Assembly: GCA_014382295.1 (NCBI GenBank)
Contig: JACNJZ010000091.1
Span: forward strand, 5,529-53,622
DNA length: 48,094 nucleotides
Direction: 5' to 3'
Source of the DNA: Candidatus Desulfobia pelagia
GTDB taxonomy: Bacteria; Desulfobacterota; Desulfobulbia; Desulfobulbales; SURF-16
The notes below the pieces were generated by a model. That model saw only the letters and a program-made list of their open reading frames with translations. It had not been told where the DNA came from and made no database searches. The number at the start of each line of letters is the position of its first letter. Position 1 is the first letter of the stretch. Below, piece after piece: positions 47,530 to 48,094 of this stretch. The translations under genes and the position numbers were made by a program.

Positions 47530-48094
47530 ATGGAAACGATCTTTACCCCCCTCATTGTCCGCTCGTACTATTCTCTCCTGCAGGGAACCAGTTCACCGGA
47601 GGCACTCTGCCGCCGTGCCGCCAGGCTCGGCTACACACATCTTGCCCTGACTGACCGCGACAACCTCTATGGTCTCTGGAGATTCCTCCACGCCTGCCGG
47701 CAGGAAAAAATTATTCCCCTGATCGGGGCGGAAATAACCGAACCGGGATCGAAAAAAACAGCTGTCTGCCTGGCGAAAGACCAAACCGGCTACACCAACC
47801 TCTGTCAAATCATTACCGACCGGCACTGTGACACAGGATTTCAGCTGCTTGAAAATATACGAAACCACGGCAAAGGCCTTATTGTCCTGTGCAGCGATAT
47901 TGACATGCTTCTCTCCTGGAAAAATTCCGGCCTCGAAGTTGCCGCCAACCTGGGAAGAAAACCTGCAGCAGAGTCACGGATACTTTACCGGCAAGCCGTA
48001 AAACACGACATCCCGGCTATTGCCGCCCCAGACAGCATGCTGGCTGAAGCTGCAGAGTATTCCCTTCACCTTCTATTAAGGGTCATTGCCGGCA
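47530..48094 (+). CDS. dnaE2: error-prone DNA polymerase III alpha-like (DnaE2), N-terminal PHP domain; 3' partial, runs off the window
   Basis: This is not in the ORF track because there is no stop before the edge. The frame from the ATG at 47530 is open for 188 codons: 'METIFTPLIVRSYYSLLQGTSSPEALCRRAARLGYTHLALTDRDNLYGLWRF...IPLIGAEI'. This is the PHP-domain pattern of DnaE-type polymerases. The context (lexA, imuB) supports DnaE2. Confidence 0.8.
   Translation, partial: METIFTPLIVRSYYSLLQGTSSPEALCRRAARLGYTHLALTDRDNLYGLWRFLHACRQEKIIPLIGAEITEPGSKKTAVCLAKDQTGYTNLCQIITDRHCDTGFQLLENIRNHGKGLIVLCSDIDMLLSWKNSGLEVAANLGRKPAAESRILYRQAVKHDIPAIAAPDSMLAEAAEYSLHLLLRVIAG

Overview
This is a 48-kb chromosomal window that reads as a Desulfobacterota-like (Desulfobulbales-type) genome; that lineage guess is low confidence and rests only on gene content and style. 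Most of it is housekeeping. It holds the conserved rpsB-tsf-pyrH-frr-uppS-cdsA-dxr-rseP-tsaB block, secDF, tatC, ftsB, xseA, and a long minus-strand operon (hydrolase-rsfS-gpmI-thrC-exonuclease-DUF2132-SpeE-like-RNase H). It also holds an NfeD/SPFH pair, an MMPL/RND exporter with a divergent MlaC-like gene, and a secreted octaheme cytochrome c.

Three things are not explained by the plain ORF track:
1. A glycine-reductase (grd) locus at 3.1-7.7 kb. Two of its genes, grdA and grdB, are each split in the ORF track by an in-frame TGA. The TGA sits at the canonical selenocysteine position (CFV-U-TAAG and TST-U-GTCTRCG), and a stem-loop follows each one. The locus has grdC but no grdD or trxAB, and it is translationally coupled to pcm and a large membrane SpeE-like protein.
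2. An SOS mutagenesis cassette, lexA / imuB-like / Fe-ADH / dnaE2 (the last runs off the 3' edge). A perfect 13-bp-arm palindrome overlaps the lexA promoter and is a candidate LexA operator.
3. Small non-coding signals: (CTTAAAA)x12 and (CTCTGTGC)x~5 microsatellites in two divergent promoter regions, and a sigma54-like -24/-12 element about 65 nt upstream of a strong bidirectional terminator (candidate sRNA) inside an AT-rich, gene-poor islet at 13.9-17.1 kb.

I recognised no tRNA, rRNA, CRISPR array or IS element. All family assignments come from motif recognition by eye; no database search was run.
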